Origin: Yuukianura sp. NJ FZ-2021
Lineage: Eukaryota
Length of the DNA: 64,000 nucleotides
Reading direction: 5' to 3'
Assembly: GCA_046563655.1 (NCBI GenBank)
Contig: CM102283.1
Span: forward strand, 1,364,001-1,428,000
The notes beneath the pieces were generated by a model. That model did not search any database. It saw only the letters and a program-made list of their open reading frames with translations, and was not told the origin of the DNA. Shown here one piece after another: positions 1 through 12,077 of this stretch (position 1 is its first letter; every line of letters begins with the position of its first letter). The translations under genes and the position numbers were made by a program.

Positions 1-1053
1 TTTGCAAATGCATTGTTCACAGCCAAGGTTAAAGGTCAACAAAGCTTAAGCCAAAATGTGGCTGCGGATGGTAAAACCTGAAAAATTAAAAACATTTTGT
101 TTCAAACTTTCATATTTCGAAAAAACAACAAGTATTTCTAGAGTGTTAAGAATGAGATGTTTACAGTGGGGGCTTCACCATCTTGGATGGAACCATTATG
201 GAGCTCGGCGTTAATTTGCGTGAGTTCACTGATGTTGTACACAAGTGGTCCTGCGCATGCAATCGTTCTATTCACTGGACCGTGCAATCCAACATACATC
301 AGTTCAGTGATTCTCAATTGCTCGTCATATTTTGACAAGCCGCTGTCGACGCTGGAAGCAACTCCATACGTTTTTTACGAATATTACATAATTGGATTTG
401 TATTGGCCGTTTGGAGCTTCAATTGGACTTTCCTCTTCATGGGCTGGTGCTGGATCATACGCATTATGGAACGCACGCTTTCGCAACTCCTTTTGTATCA
501 GTCTCAAAAAATGAAGAAATTTTTAAAAAATTTAGTATTTTGGTATTTGTTCTTATAAATTCTACGTATACATAGGAATCAAAGCAGAATGTTCTTGGTG
601 GCAGCGGAATTGGAGTACAGACACTGTCAAGTTCTGTCGGTACTTTTGAATGACGGTTTTCGATTTTTCATACGGATGTTTCCATCTGTTTTGTTCACAA
701 TGGCTGGATTGATGCTGTTTGCTACAGTTCGCTACGCCTCGGTGCTACCGTTCCATCTATACGTTGTTTTCCCTTCGTGTGGTCTGCGATGTCTGTACGA
801 AGCGACAACAGCACTGGCTGCAGCGGGCATGATGCATCAGCAGAGTGTCGCGTATTTGGCGACATTTGGAAAACAAATTCAGCATAGCAACGGAGGGTTT
901 GAGCGGAAATGTCACAGGGCGTTTCACAAGTCGTGTCGACCATTGCTCTGCAAGGCAGGATCCATGTACACTTTTGAAAATTCAATTGTGTTGGTCTGTC
1001 TGTTCAACTGTACGCAGTTGACATTCAACATGTTGGTGACCTATAAAAAATAG
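1..1053 (+). CDS. GR/OR-like 7TM chemoreceptor, tandem copy 1 (5' part outside window)
   Basis: Exons <1-70, 167-494, 576-1053 with GT..AG introns in matching phase. Exon 2 (328 nt) and exon 3 (478 nt) are the same size as in the other copies. Multiple hydrophobic segments; the C-terminus RPLLCKAGSMYTFENSIVLVCLFNCTQLTFNMLVTY resembles the TM7 region of the arthropod GR/OR superfamily. Confidence 0.7.
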
Positions 1054-1794
1054 GACAAAGGTTATCCATCGCCTAAGTCAAAGGTCAAGTTGACCCCGTA
1101 GTCATAAGTCTACCTTGAATTTTCAAAAAAAAATGAAATCCTGAAAAAACAAGAAAAAAATAATTAGTGATTGTATAACTTGTGTATAAATAAAAGTATC
1201 AAAAATCCAAAACAGTTCTTACATTTGACGGTCACTTAAAGGTAACAACTTAATGAATTTACATGATTTGAGTTCATCATATTATACGTGCTCTTGTGTG
1301 TCTAAAATTCCTACGTCATAGGATCTGTCACGGCATGACATAGTACGTGTAATAAGTTGTTAACCAATTATTACATAAATTTATGTTCATGTACAGCAAA
1401 CGATGTGCTTTAAAATACAAAACAAAAATTATTTGCAAAATGAATAACACCATAGTTGACGAACGGAGCGCGTAACGTCAATGAGTTGAACATCGGATAG
1501 AGAGGTATCAAAAGTGATGTTGTTGACGTGCTTCATGTTAAAATTTACAAATTTTGATTTTTTTTGTTCGTAAGTTTCAAAAAAAAAGTTTCATTTTCCA
1601 AATCGATGTATTAAAAAAGAATTCATCACTCAATTTCGAAAATTCCAAAACTTTTTTTTTTCTTTTAAGATATAAATGTTTTAATTTGACCAAACTTGGA
1701 TTAAAAAGGAGGAGAAAGGGTGTCTAATACTTTCATAATTATTGTGAAAAATATTCGATTTGGACAATTATTTTTAATTAACCTTTCAACGTTA

Positions 1795-1840
1795 ATTGAC
1801 CTTTCCACACCCTTGCCATGTAGCTAACATTGAACTTGAC
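1795..1840 (+). promoter_or_regulatory. Conserved upstream block of the receptor copies
   Basis: CCTTTCCACACCCTTGCCATGTAGCTAACATTGAA-like block recurring ~340-360 nt upstream of the ATG of copies 2, 3, 4 and 5 (~1800, ~4370, ~6502, ~8887). A regulatory role is inferred only. Confidence 0.35.
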
Positions 1841-2142
1841 GTCAAACAAAAATTTACTAACATAAAAACATAATTTATTTTACGCTTCTACTTTCAGAAC
1901 CTGATTCTGCCATGCTGAAAAAACACAATTTTGTGATTGAAAGCTTGTTCTCAACCACTTAAATTACATTTTCTAAATTAAATTTTTCGAGAAATTGTCT
2001 GAGCTTGGAATTCCGAACCCTATAATTCAGTTATCAACAACAAATTATGACGAGATTATGTTATATGTGCAACAGATTTCAACTGTTTGCGTTCATTCAA
2101 GTTTGAGACGCTTTGAAACAACTTCATTTAAACAGAAACAAA

Positions 2143-3777
2143 ATGAGGTCAGAAAAGGCTACTCGGTTTGCCATCAACCTGTTCATGACCTATGGCTGCA
2201 CTTTGCAAATTTTCCCATATCGCTGGAACGCCGCGAAATTTCAACTCTACAAAGCATCTCGGCTCCAAAACTGGGCCTTCAATTTCAATTCTGCTTGCAT
2301 GTTTTTCTACTACTCATTCGTTACGTTTCGGCTCATTTCAACAATTGGGGACAAAATGCCGATCCTCGTCCGGCTCCTCATGGTCGTATTTGTTGTCGCT
2401 TTTGGACTCGCTAGCTCCTCAACGATCCAGTTCTACAAACGTCGGGAAGAAATCATGTTCTTCGCAAATGCTCTGTTCAAAGCCAAGGTTCAAGGTCAAC
2501 TGAGTTTGAATCAGAACGAGGTTGAAGATGGTGAGAACTAAAAACAAACCAAAAATACCAAGAATTTTAAAGATTGAGTTGAATATTGCTAATAAATTGT
2601 TGTAAACGCCAATAGCCAGTATTGAAAGTAGCCGAAGATTTGTAACAACTTTTGTGGAGGTCATTTTTGGATTTCCGGTAAAAATGTAGTTGACGTTGAC
2701 GTTTGACCTGGAAGTGGTCTACTTTCGGTCAAACCGGAAACCGATTGGTCAGCTCTGTACCATGTGACGCTCATCTGCAAAGATTGTCCAGTGGTTCCAG
2801 GGTTATGGTAACCAGCAGACGGACAGACAGACAGACTCGGGAAAAAATATAAAGTAACTCACACTTTCGCTACTTACTAGTAAAGGTTTTGTTGCAGTGG
2901 AGGCTTCACCACCTTGGATGGAACCGCTGTGGAGCGCAGTGCTAATTTGCGTCAGTTCGCTGATGTTGTACACGGGCGGACCTGCGCATGCGATCATTCT
3001 GTTCACAGGACCGTGCAATCCAGCGTACATCAGCTCCGTGACTCACAATTGCTCGTCATATTTTGACAAGCCACTGTCGACGCTGGAAGCGACGCCATAC
3101 TTCTTCTACGAATATTACATCATTGGATTTAAGTTAGCCGTCTGGAGCTTCAACTGGACTTTTCTCTTCATGGGCTGGCTTTGGATTAAACGCATTCTGC
3201 AACACGGGCTTTCGCAAAAGCTTTCGTACGTCAAGAAAAATGAAACTTTTAAGAATTTTGAATATTTTGGAATTTGTTATAAATTTTACGTCTACATAGG
3301 AATCGAAGCAGCATGTCATTGGTCAAAGCAGAATCGGAGTACCGGCATTGTCAGATTCTGTCGCTACTTGTGAATGACGGTTTTACATTTTACATACGGA
3401 TGTTTCCATCTGTTTTGTTCACAATGGCTGGATTGATGCTGTTTGCGACGATTCGCTACGCCTCGGTGCTACCGTTCCACCTCTACATCGTTTTCCCTTC
3501 GTGTGGTCTGCGATGTCTGTACGAAGGGACGACAGCACTGGCTGCAGCAGGAATGATGCATCAGCAGAGTGTCGCCTACTTGGCGACATTTGAAAAACAA
3601 ATTCAGCGTAGCAACGGATGGTTTGAGCGAAAATGTCACAGGGCGTTTCACAAGTCGTGTCGACCACTGCTTTGCAAGGCAGGATCTATGTACACTTTTG
3701 AAAATTCAATTGTGTTGGTCTGTCTGTTCAACTGTACGCTCTTGACGTTCAACATGCTACTGACCTACAACAAGTAG
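2143..3777 (+). CDS. GR/OR-like 7TM chemoreceptor, tandem copy 2 (397 aa)
   Basis: Exons 2143-2530, 2898-3225, 3300-3777 (388+328+478 = 1194 nt), with phase-consistent GT..AG splicing. N-terminal YGCTLQIFPYRWN and about 7 hydrophobic helices. Family assignment rests on length, topology and C-terminal motif resemblance. Confidence 0.75.
2610..2886 (-). mobile_element. Short non-autonomous insertion in intron 1 of copy 2, Helitron/DINE-like
   Basis: Intron 1 is 367 nt here versus 96-108 nt in paralogs. The extra sequence contains CAGACGGACAGACAGACAGAC and ends CACACTTTCGCTACTTACTAGTAAAGG, reminiscent of arthropod non-autonomous Helitron-type repeats. Boundaries and orientation are approximate. 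Confidence 0.45.
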
Positions 3778-4723
3778 GTCAAAGGTTATCCATCGCCCAA
3801 GTCAAAGGTCAAGATTACCTCGTAGTCATTGGTCTACCTTCCAGTGAAATCCAGAAAAAAAAGAAGAAAAAAAATTAGTCGATTGTACAACTTCACAAAT
3901 AAAAGCATCAAAAATCCAAAACAGTTGTTTTCTTACGTTTGACCTGCAACTGACTGAGTTAGACTAACTAGTAAAAGGTTTCATTGTTGCTCAAAATTTT
4001 GAAAGACGGGTGAAATTGGAAATGAAGATTCAAAATTTCGATTTGATTTTTGTTGATAAGGGAGTGGACAAGGTAGCAGAGCAGAACCATAGTAAAGGTC
4101 ATCCCCAATGAACCAGAACTAGAATTTGCAAACTTTGAATTTTTGTGTCCGAAAGTTTCAAAGATTTTCCATTTTCCAAATCGATGTATTAAAAAGAAAT
4201 TCATTCCTCAATTTTGAAATTTCCCATTTTTTTTAAAGATAAATGTTTTACTTTTAACCAAAGTTGTGTTAAAAAGGAGGGGAAAGGGTATCTAATAATT
4301 GTCATAGTTTTTCTGAGAAATGTTCGATTTGGACAATTATTTTAATAAACTTTTCAAAGTTAATTAATCCTTCCACACCCTTGCCATGTAGCTAACATTG
4401 AAATTGATGTTAAACAAAAATTTAATAGTTTATAAACATAATTTATTTTACGCTTTTGCATCTAGAAGTTTTATTGTGTAATGCTTAAAACGGAGACACA
4501 ATATTCTGAAATTGGACTCCAAAATTTTCTAAAGTTTCTTCGTAAACACTTCAATCTAAATTAAATTTCTTGAGAAATTTTCAGAAATTGGAATTCCGGA
4601 GCCTGTAATTTGAGCTTTCAAGAAAAAAATCTTGAGAAGTTATATGTGCTACAGCTTTTGACTGTTTGCTTCCATTCAAGTCTCCGAAAGGTTTTGCAAC
4701 AACTTCGTCTAAACAGAAAGAAA

Positions 4724-4923
4724 ATGAGCTCAGTAAAAGCTACTCGGTTTGTCATCAACATGTTCATGACCTTTGGCTGCACGTTGCAAATTTTTCCATA
4801 TCGCTTGAACGCCGTGAAATTTCAACGCCACAAAACATCCAGGCTCCAAAGCTGGGTGTTCAACTTCCATTCTGCTTTGCATGTTTTTCAACTACTCTTT
4901 CAATACTTTTCGGCTGATTTCAA
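4724..4923 (+). pseudogene. Truncated chemoreceptor copy 3 (half of exon 1 only)
   Basis: MSSVKATRFVINMFMTFGCTLQIFPYRLNAVKFQ is paralogous to exon 1. There is a +1 T frameshift near 4877 (tctgctttgcatg vs tctgcttgcatg), homology stops at ~4923, and exons 2-3 are absent. The upstream region (3960-4720) is still homologous to the other copies. Confidence 0.85.
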
Positions 4924-5460
4924 GACTGGATCAAGTTTTTTTTAACCTCGAACTCAATTCGTTAACTAATACTTTCTCTTTTTTAACTGAGCTGACGCAT
5001 TAATTCCTTACTCCAAGTTTTAAAACACGACCGAAAAATCTTTCTTCCTTTAGCGAACTGCCAAAAAAGTAGCATACAAAAAAATTGAAATTAGGATTCG
5101 ACGAGTATTAAGTATTTAATAACATTTGTAACATTTTTTTTAACTTTTACAATTTTCAATTTTGTGAGACCTTAAATTTTTCCACTCTTTTCCATCAGCA
5201 TCGGAGTGCAGAACACTATACCGGAATTGCCGGTGTTGGGAAATTGTATACAAGAAATAATCTTTGGTAGAACCCAACATCACTAATCCAATGTTGGGTT
5301 AATGATGATGATATAAAGCAATCGCGGTAACTTTAAAATTAATGGTCTCTTTGGCAATATGAGTTTGGTGAACTCATAAGGGACTGAAGGTTAATGAGAG
5401 ACTGATGATGTGTGTTCCGTTTCGTGTTGAAACTGACCACAGCGTCTTGAAGTTCATCGT

Positions 5461-5489
5461 TATAAAACTGACGGTTCGAAACATCAGTC
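5461..5489 (+). promoter_or_regulatory. TATA box plus initiator of the knottin gene
   Basis: TATAAAA at 5461-5467 and arthropod Inr-like TCAGTC at 5484-5489, about 70 nt upstream of the ATG at 5556. AATAAA at 5913-5918 lies downstream of the stop. Confidence 0.6.
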
Positions 5490-5555
5490 TGACTTCAAAT
5501 TCTGAAGAAAAGGCTACTGTAAAAGGTCAAAGGTCAAGAAAGTTTTAAGGTCACG

Positions 5556-5839
5556 ATGAAGACGATTTCTTTTCTCCTTCTCTGCACTGTCCTCGTTCTG
5601 GCCATGTACGCCACAACTGAAGTTACGGTAAGCCAAACGAATTTTTATTTTGCAAGGACAAAATTTGACTTTTCTACCGACATTGGCAGTTTAAGTTGCT
5701 AAGACTTTATGTTAATATTTAGGCGTGCCTTCCGTTCGACTCTCCTTGTTCTGGATTCGAGTGCTGCGACGGACTCATATGCTACAAGGCTGACCGCAAC
5801 TGGGCTCAGGGACGATGCTACTACCCCAAGCGGAAGTAA
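5556..5839 (+). CDS. Secreted inhibitor-cystine-knot (knottin) peptide, 62 aa
   Basis: Exon 1, 5556-5627: MKTISFLLLCTVLVLAMYATTEVT (signal peptide). Intron 5628-5722 (GTAAG...TTTAG, phase 0). Exon 2, 5723-5839: ACLPFDSPCSGFECCDGLICYKADRNWAQGRCYYPKRK*. Cys framework C-x6-C-x4-CC-x4-C-x11-C. Not in the supplied ORF track. Confidence 0.88.
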
Positions 5840-6852
5840 ACAATATATACTGAATATTTGAACATGAAAATTGGAGTGACCCTATATGGAGTAACTCCAG
5901 CTTCCACATTCAAATAAATATTCAAAATTTGATTTAAATTGGGAATTCAAAACCACTTTTTTGAACAAATGAAAAATAAAACTCACATTTAACACTTGCA
6001 AACAAGTTTTCAATTTTTTATATACAAAACAAGCTGTATTTGAATTACCCACCAATTTTAAAACCTTGAAAATTACTGTTCATAATTATAATTACATGAA
6101 AGTGTGTTAATCAAAAAGAAGCAAGCTTAGTATTAAAAGTTAATTCCTGTGCATTTAATCTGTTAAGTTAAAAAAATTAAACATCCATGTTACAACATTA
6201 CTGTCGTTCAACTAATCCACTCGTACCATTTGGATCAGTCGTTTGATACAAAAATTCCAAGTTATATTCCGACCCGACGACACTGACAATGTCTGACAGT
6301 AAAAACCTTATGCTAAATGCGTTCTCAAACTTGTTAAGATCTTACATTCATGGCGTATTTAGATATTTTGGCTCCATCAAGCATTGGAAACTTAATTTTT
6401 TAATAAAGTCGGCTAAACATTTCCACCCAATAATTTTCAGTTTTTCCGCGTAATTTTAGATTCGGGTAATTATTTTAATTAACTTCTGAACATTAATTAA
6501 ACCTTTCCACACCTTTATCATGTAGCGCACATTACAATTGGTGTTACCTAAACAAAAATTTAAAAGCATAGAAACGTAATTTTTTGAACACTTTCCCTTC
6601 AAAAGGCTGATTTTGTCATGTACAAAACCGGACACAAAATTTCTGAGACATGAAAATTTTCTAAAGTTTGTTCACAAACAATGTAACCTAAATTAACTTT
6701 TTTGAAAAGTTATCCGAACTCGCAATCCCAAACCGTTAATTTCAGTTTTCAAAAACAAAAAAATTATGAGAAGCTATATTTGCGAAGTTTTTGACTTTTT
6801 GACTTCATTCGAGTTTGAAGACTTTGCAACAACTTTGATAAGTAGAAACAGA

Positions 6853-8229
6853 ATGAATTCAGAAGAAACGACCCGTTTTGTCATTAACGTGCTCATGACC
6901 TATGGCTGCACGTTGCGAATTTTTCCATATCGCTGGAACGCCGCCAAATTTCAACTCTACAAAGCATCCACGCTCCAAAACTGGGCCTTCAATTTCAATT
7001 CTGCTTGTATGTTTTTCTACTACTCTTTCATTACGTTTCGGCTGATTTCAACAATTGGTGACAAAATGCCGATCCTCGTTCGGCTCATTATGGTCGTCTG
7101 GGTTGTCGCTTATGGACTTACGAGCTCCTCAACCATCCAATTCTACAAACGTCGCGAGGAAATCATGTTCTTTGCAAATGCTTTGTTCAAAGCCAAGGTC
7201 CAAGGTCAACTGATCCTGAATCAGAACGACGACGAGGATGGTAAAAACTAAAATCAAGGAAACATAAATTTTAAAAATTTTGAATATCGAACTTTCTTTT
7301 CATGTTGCCAATAAATGATGGTGCAAAAATTTACGATTTCTTACAGTGAAGACTTCACCATCTTGGATGGAACCACTGTGGAGCTCGGCGTTAGTTTGCG
7401 TCAGTTCACTAATGTTGTACACGAGCGGTCCCGCGCATGCAATCGTTCTATTCACTGGACCGTGCAATCCAACATACATCAGTTCAGTGATTCACAATTG
7501 CTCGTCATATTTTGACAAGCCACTGTCGACGCTGGAAGCGACGCCATACGTCTTCTACGAATATTACGTCATTGGATTTGTGTTGGCCGTCTGGAGCTTC
7601 AACTGGACTTTCCTCTTCATGGGCTGGCTTTGGATCAAACGCATTCTGCAACACGGGCTTTCGCAAAAGCTTTCGTACGTCAAGAAAAATGAAACTTTTA
7701 AAAATTTTGAATATTTTGGCATTTGTACTTATAAATTTTACGTCTACATAGAAATCGAAGCAGCTTGTCATTGGTCAAAGCAGAATCGGAGTACCGGTAT
7801 TGTCAAGTTCTGTCGGTACTTCTGAATGACGGTTTCGCATTTTACATACGAATGTTTCCATCTGTTTTGTTCACAATGGCTGGATTGATGCTGTTTGCGA
7901 CAATTCGCTACGCCTCGGTGCTACCGTTCCACCTCTACATTGTTTTCCCTTCATGTGGTCTGCGATGTCTGTACGAAGGGACGACAGCACTGGCTGCAGC
8001 GGGCATGATGCATCAGCAGAGTGTCGCCTACTTGGCGACATTTGAAAAACAAATTCAGCGTAGCAACGGAACATTTGAGCGGAAGTGTCACAGCGCATTT
8101 CACAAGTCGTGTCGACCGTTGCTCTGCAAGGCAGGATCCATGTACACTTTTGAAAATTCAATTGTGTTGGTCAGTCTGTTCAACTGTACACTCTTGACGT
8201 TCAACATGCTAGTGACCTACAACAAGTAG
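6853..8229 (+). CDS. GR/OR-like 7TM chemoreceptor, tandem copy 4 (397 aa)
   Basis: Exons 6853-7240, 7347-7674, 7752-8229; same exon sizes and phases as copy 2; open frame throughout. Confidence 0.75.
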
Positions 8230-9244
8230 GCCAAAGGTCATCTGTCGTCACAGTCAAAAGGTCTAGTTGGCCTCGTAGTCATAGGTCTAGTTTCATTTGA
8301 AATCCTGCAGGACAAACACACAAAAATTAGTCGATTGTAGGCTTACAAATAAAAGCTTTATAGATTCTAAACAGTTTTTTGTCCTTACGTTTGAGTCGCA
8401 GCTAAGCTAAGGTTTCATGGTTTCTCAAATTTTTAAAAAAAGGACGAAATTGGATATGATGTTTCAAAATTTGAACTGATTTTTGTTGCATTGGGAGTGA
8501 ATAAAGTTGCAAAACCAGGATAACTATAGATTTAGAAATACAAAAGATTAATTCTTTGCAAAATAAACACCATAGTTGACGTAAGCGCTTAACGTCAATA
8601 ATAAGTTGGACATCTGATGGATTGGTATCACATACGATGTGTTTGGCGTAGTTAATCGTAAAATTTCAAAATTTTGAATTTTTGTGTTTGGAAGTTTCAA
8701 AATCGGACCCATTTTCAAAATCGGTGCATTTCACCATTTCTAAAACTCCACTTTTTTCCGTTTTGAGCAAAAGTTGATAAAACGATAAAAGCCGTCAAGA
8801 GGAATGATTTTGAACAATTTTCGTAATTTTTATGAGAAATTTTCGATTTGGGCAATTATTTTAAATAACTTTGCAACGTTAATTAACCTTTCCACGCCCT
8901 TGCCACAGGTATCCAACATTGACATTGGTGTTAAACAAAAATTTACTAGAATAGAAACGTAACTTATATTAGCTTTTGTTTCCAGAACCTGATTCTATCA
9001 TGCTCAAAACGCGACACAGTTTCCTGAAATTGGACGACTAAATTTTTCAAAGTGTGTTCTCAAACACTTCAATCTAGATTAAATTTTTTGAGAAATTATC
9101 AGAACTTGGAATTCCGGAAACTATAATTTGAGTTTTAAAAAAATAAGAAGATAATATTAGAGAGGTTATATTTGCAACATCTTTTGCCTATTTGCCTTCA
9201 TTCGAGTTTGTAAAGCTTTGAAACAATTTCGTGTGTGAAACAGA

Positions 9245-10627
9245 ATGAGTTCAGAAAAAGCTACTTGTTTTGCCATCAACGTGCTCATGACCTATGGCTG
9301 TACTTTGCAAATTTTTCCATATCGCTGGAACGCCGCCAAATTTCAACTCACAGAATCATCTCAGCTACAAAACTGGGTGTTCAATTTCCACTCCGCCTGC
9401 TTGTTTTTCTACTACTCATTCGTTACGTTTCGGCTCATCTCAACGATTGGCGACGAAATGCCGATCCTCGTGCGGCTCATTATGGTCGTCTGGGTGGTCG
9501 CTTATGGACTCACGAGCTCCTCCACGATCCAATTCTACAAACGTCGCGAGGAAATCATGTTCTTTGCAAATGCTTTGTTAAAAGCCAAAGTCCAAGGTCA
9601 ACTGATCCTGAATCAGAACGATGTGGAAGATGGTAGGAACTAAAAACAAACCAAAATTTCAAAAATTTTAAAAATTGAGTTTTCATATTGCCAATAGACG
9701 AAAGTGAAATAAAAGAAAAAAAATTTTTCTTCTGCCGTAGGGAAGGCTTCACCGGCTTGGATGGAACCGCTGTGGAGCTCTATGCTAATTTGCATTAGTT
9801 CACTGATGATGTATACTAGCGGTCCTGCGCATGCAATTGTTCTGTTCACCGGACCGTGCAACCCATCATACATCAGTTCAGTGATTCACAATTGCTCGTC
9901 ATATTTTGACAAGCCACTGTCGACGCTGGAAGCAACGCCATACGTTTTCTATGAATATTACATCATTGGATTTGTTGTGGCCCTCTGGAGCTTCAACTGG
10001 ACTTTCATCTTCATGGGCTGGTGCTGGATCATACGCATTATGGAACAGGGTCTTACTCGAAAACTTCTGTATTCGTCTAAGAAATGTCAAAATGTTAAAA
10101 ATTTCAAATTAAAAAAAAATTTCATGAATTTTACATGTTCGTTAGGTAGAACTCGCAGTGGCTCATCTTGGGTAGCAGCGGAGCTGGAGTATCGACATTG
10201 TCAAGTTCTGTCTCTACTTTTGAATGACGGTTTTGCATTTTACATACGTATGTTTCCATCTGTTTTGTTCACAATGGCTGGATTGATGCTGTTTGCGACA
10301 ATTCGCTACGCCTCGGTGCTACCGTTCCACCTCTACATTGTTTTCCCTTCATGTGGGCTACGATGCCTGTACGAAGGGACGACAGCACTGGCTGCAGCAG
10401 GAATGATGCATCAGCAGAGTGTCGCCTACTTGGCGACATTTGAAAAACAAATTCAGCGTAGCAACGGAACATTTGAGCGGAAGTGTCACCGAGCGTTTCA
10501 TAGATCGTGTCGACCGCTGCTCTGCAAGGCAGGATCCATGTACACTTTTGAAAATTCAATTGTGTTGGTCAGTCTGTTCAACTGTACGCAGTTGACATTC
10601 AACATGCTGCTGACCTACAACAAGTAG
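9245..10627 (+). CDS. GR/OR-like 7TM chemoreceptor, tandem copy 5 (397 aa)
   Basis: Exons 9245-9632, 9741-10068, 10150-10627; same exon sizes and phases as the paralogs. Confidence 0.75.
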
Positions 10628-12077
10628 GTCAAAGGTCACGTTGACGTCTGAGCTGACGTTGACGTCTGACGATCTGAGCTCGTAGTCAGAGAAGGTTCCG
10701 TCCACCTTCAGTTGAAATCCTGCAAAAACACAAAAACAAAGAATTAGTCGACTTCAGAAATAAAAGTTTACTTTTGAGCTAAACTGGCCAAAGAGTTTCA
10801 TTATTGTTTCTAAAAATTTTGAAAAACTAGCAAACCAAGAAATGGAAAATTTCGAAACAAGTGTAGTATTAGATCTCTTTCTTTTATTTTTCCACTTAGC
10901 ACTAAATAATATTATATCCTGTTCATCACAACTTTTTTCATGGACAAAATCACAAAGCAAAAAGCAACCAGTCGACTTGACCAAGTTTTCATTGCCAAAT
11001 TTTTTAGCCTGGAAATTCCCTTAACTGCCTTCACTTTAACCAAGTTTACATCAAGAGCTTACGAATTAATTCTTCACTTCAACTATTAAAACACGAGACA
11101 AAAAGTTTCTTTGTTGGTAAAATACCAAAAAAAAGGTACATTGAAAAAAGAATTGAGCTATAAATTCGAAAGAGTATTTAAGTACTTTTGCATAGTTTCA
11201 AAGAAGATTCAAGTTCACCAAAATATCATTTGCAGCATTTTTTTTAAGTTTTACAATTTCCAATGTACAAACTGAAAATTCTTATACAAAAATAGCAAGT
11301 TAGTCGTCTCAAACAATTTTTCAAAAATGTGAACCCATTCTTGAAAAATACAAAAACCGTTCATGGAAAGTGAAAAAAAAAACGTTTTTGGAAATCAAGA
11401 TTCGAGACGCAAAGAGCTACCAATTGTAAACAGACCTTATTGAAAACTATTCAGCATGAAAACATACTAAAAAAGTAAACAAAGCTCGCTCTTAATGTTA
11501 GGCTAACGATTTGCAGTTTAAGCGTTTTCTTGACTTTTCACCATTATTTTAAACTTGGTAATCCTCAACTTTGTTAACTTTGACTAAATCCTACAATTAA
11601 CCTAATTAACTAACATTACTTAACTATAACTTCCATTCACTCTGTTCCTTTGTCACTAAAATTTAAATAGTTACACAAACACTAAAAGTTAAGTGTTTGG
11701 CGTCTATAAAAACAAAAGTTACAAAGGTCTCAGTCACTCCAAATCTTACTAAACATGCAGCGTAAATAAATAAACCTCAACTTCTACACTTTATATCTTG
11801 TATAACAAATTCTTAATAATTAAATTATTAATTCGTATAAAAATTAAATACTAAACAATTTCATATCGTGCGTCGACCAAAACACAAAAAATCAAAAATA
11901 AATTAATTTGGCCACGCACAGTCGGAGTTTAATTTTGTAGTTTTTAGTTTCTGGACTGGCTTGCTTAGGAGCTGCTCTTGTTTGCATTTCGTCCTTGACC
12001 TCTTAACCCGCCTGTCTTGTTGTCGTGACCTTTGACTCGGTGGTTGTCGTGACCTGTTGACCTGTCCATGAGTCTCA

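Noticed and set aside
9761-10627. 288-aa single-exon ORF
   Set aside because: It is read-through of an 81-nt intron that is spliced at the homologous position in all paralogs.
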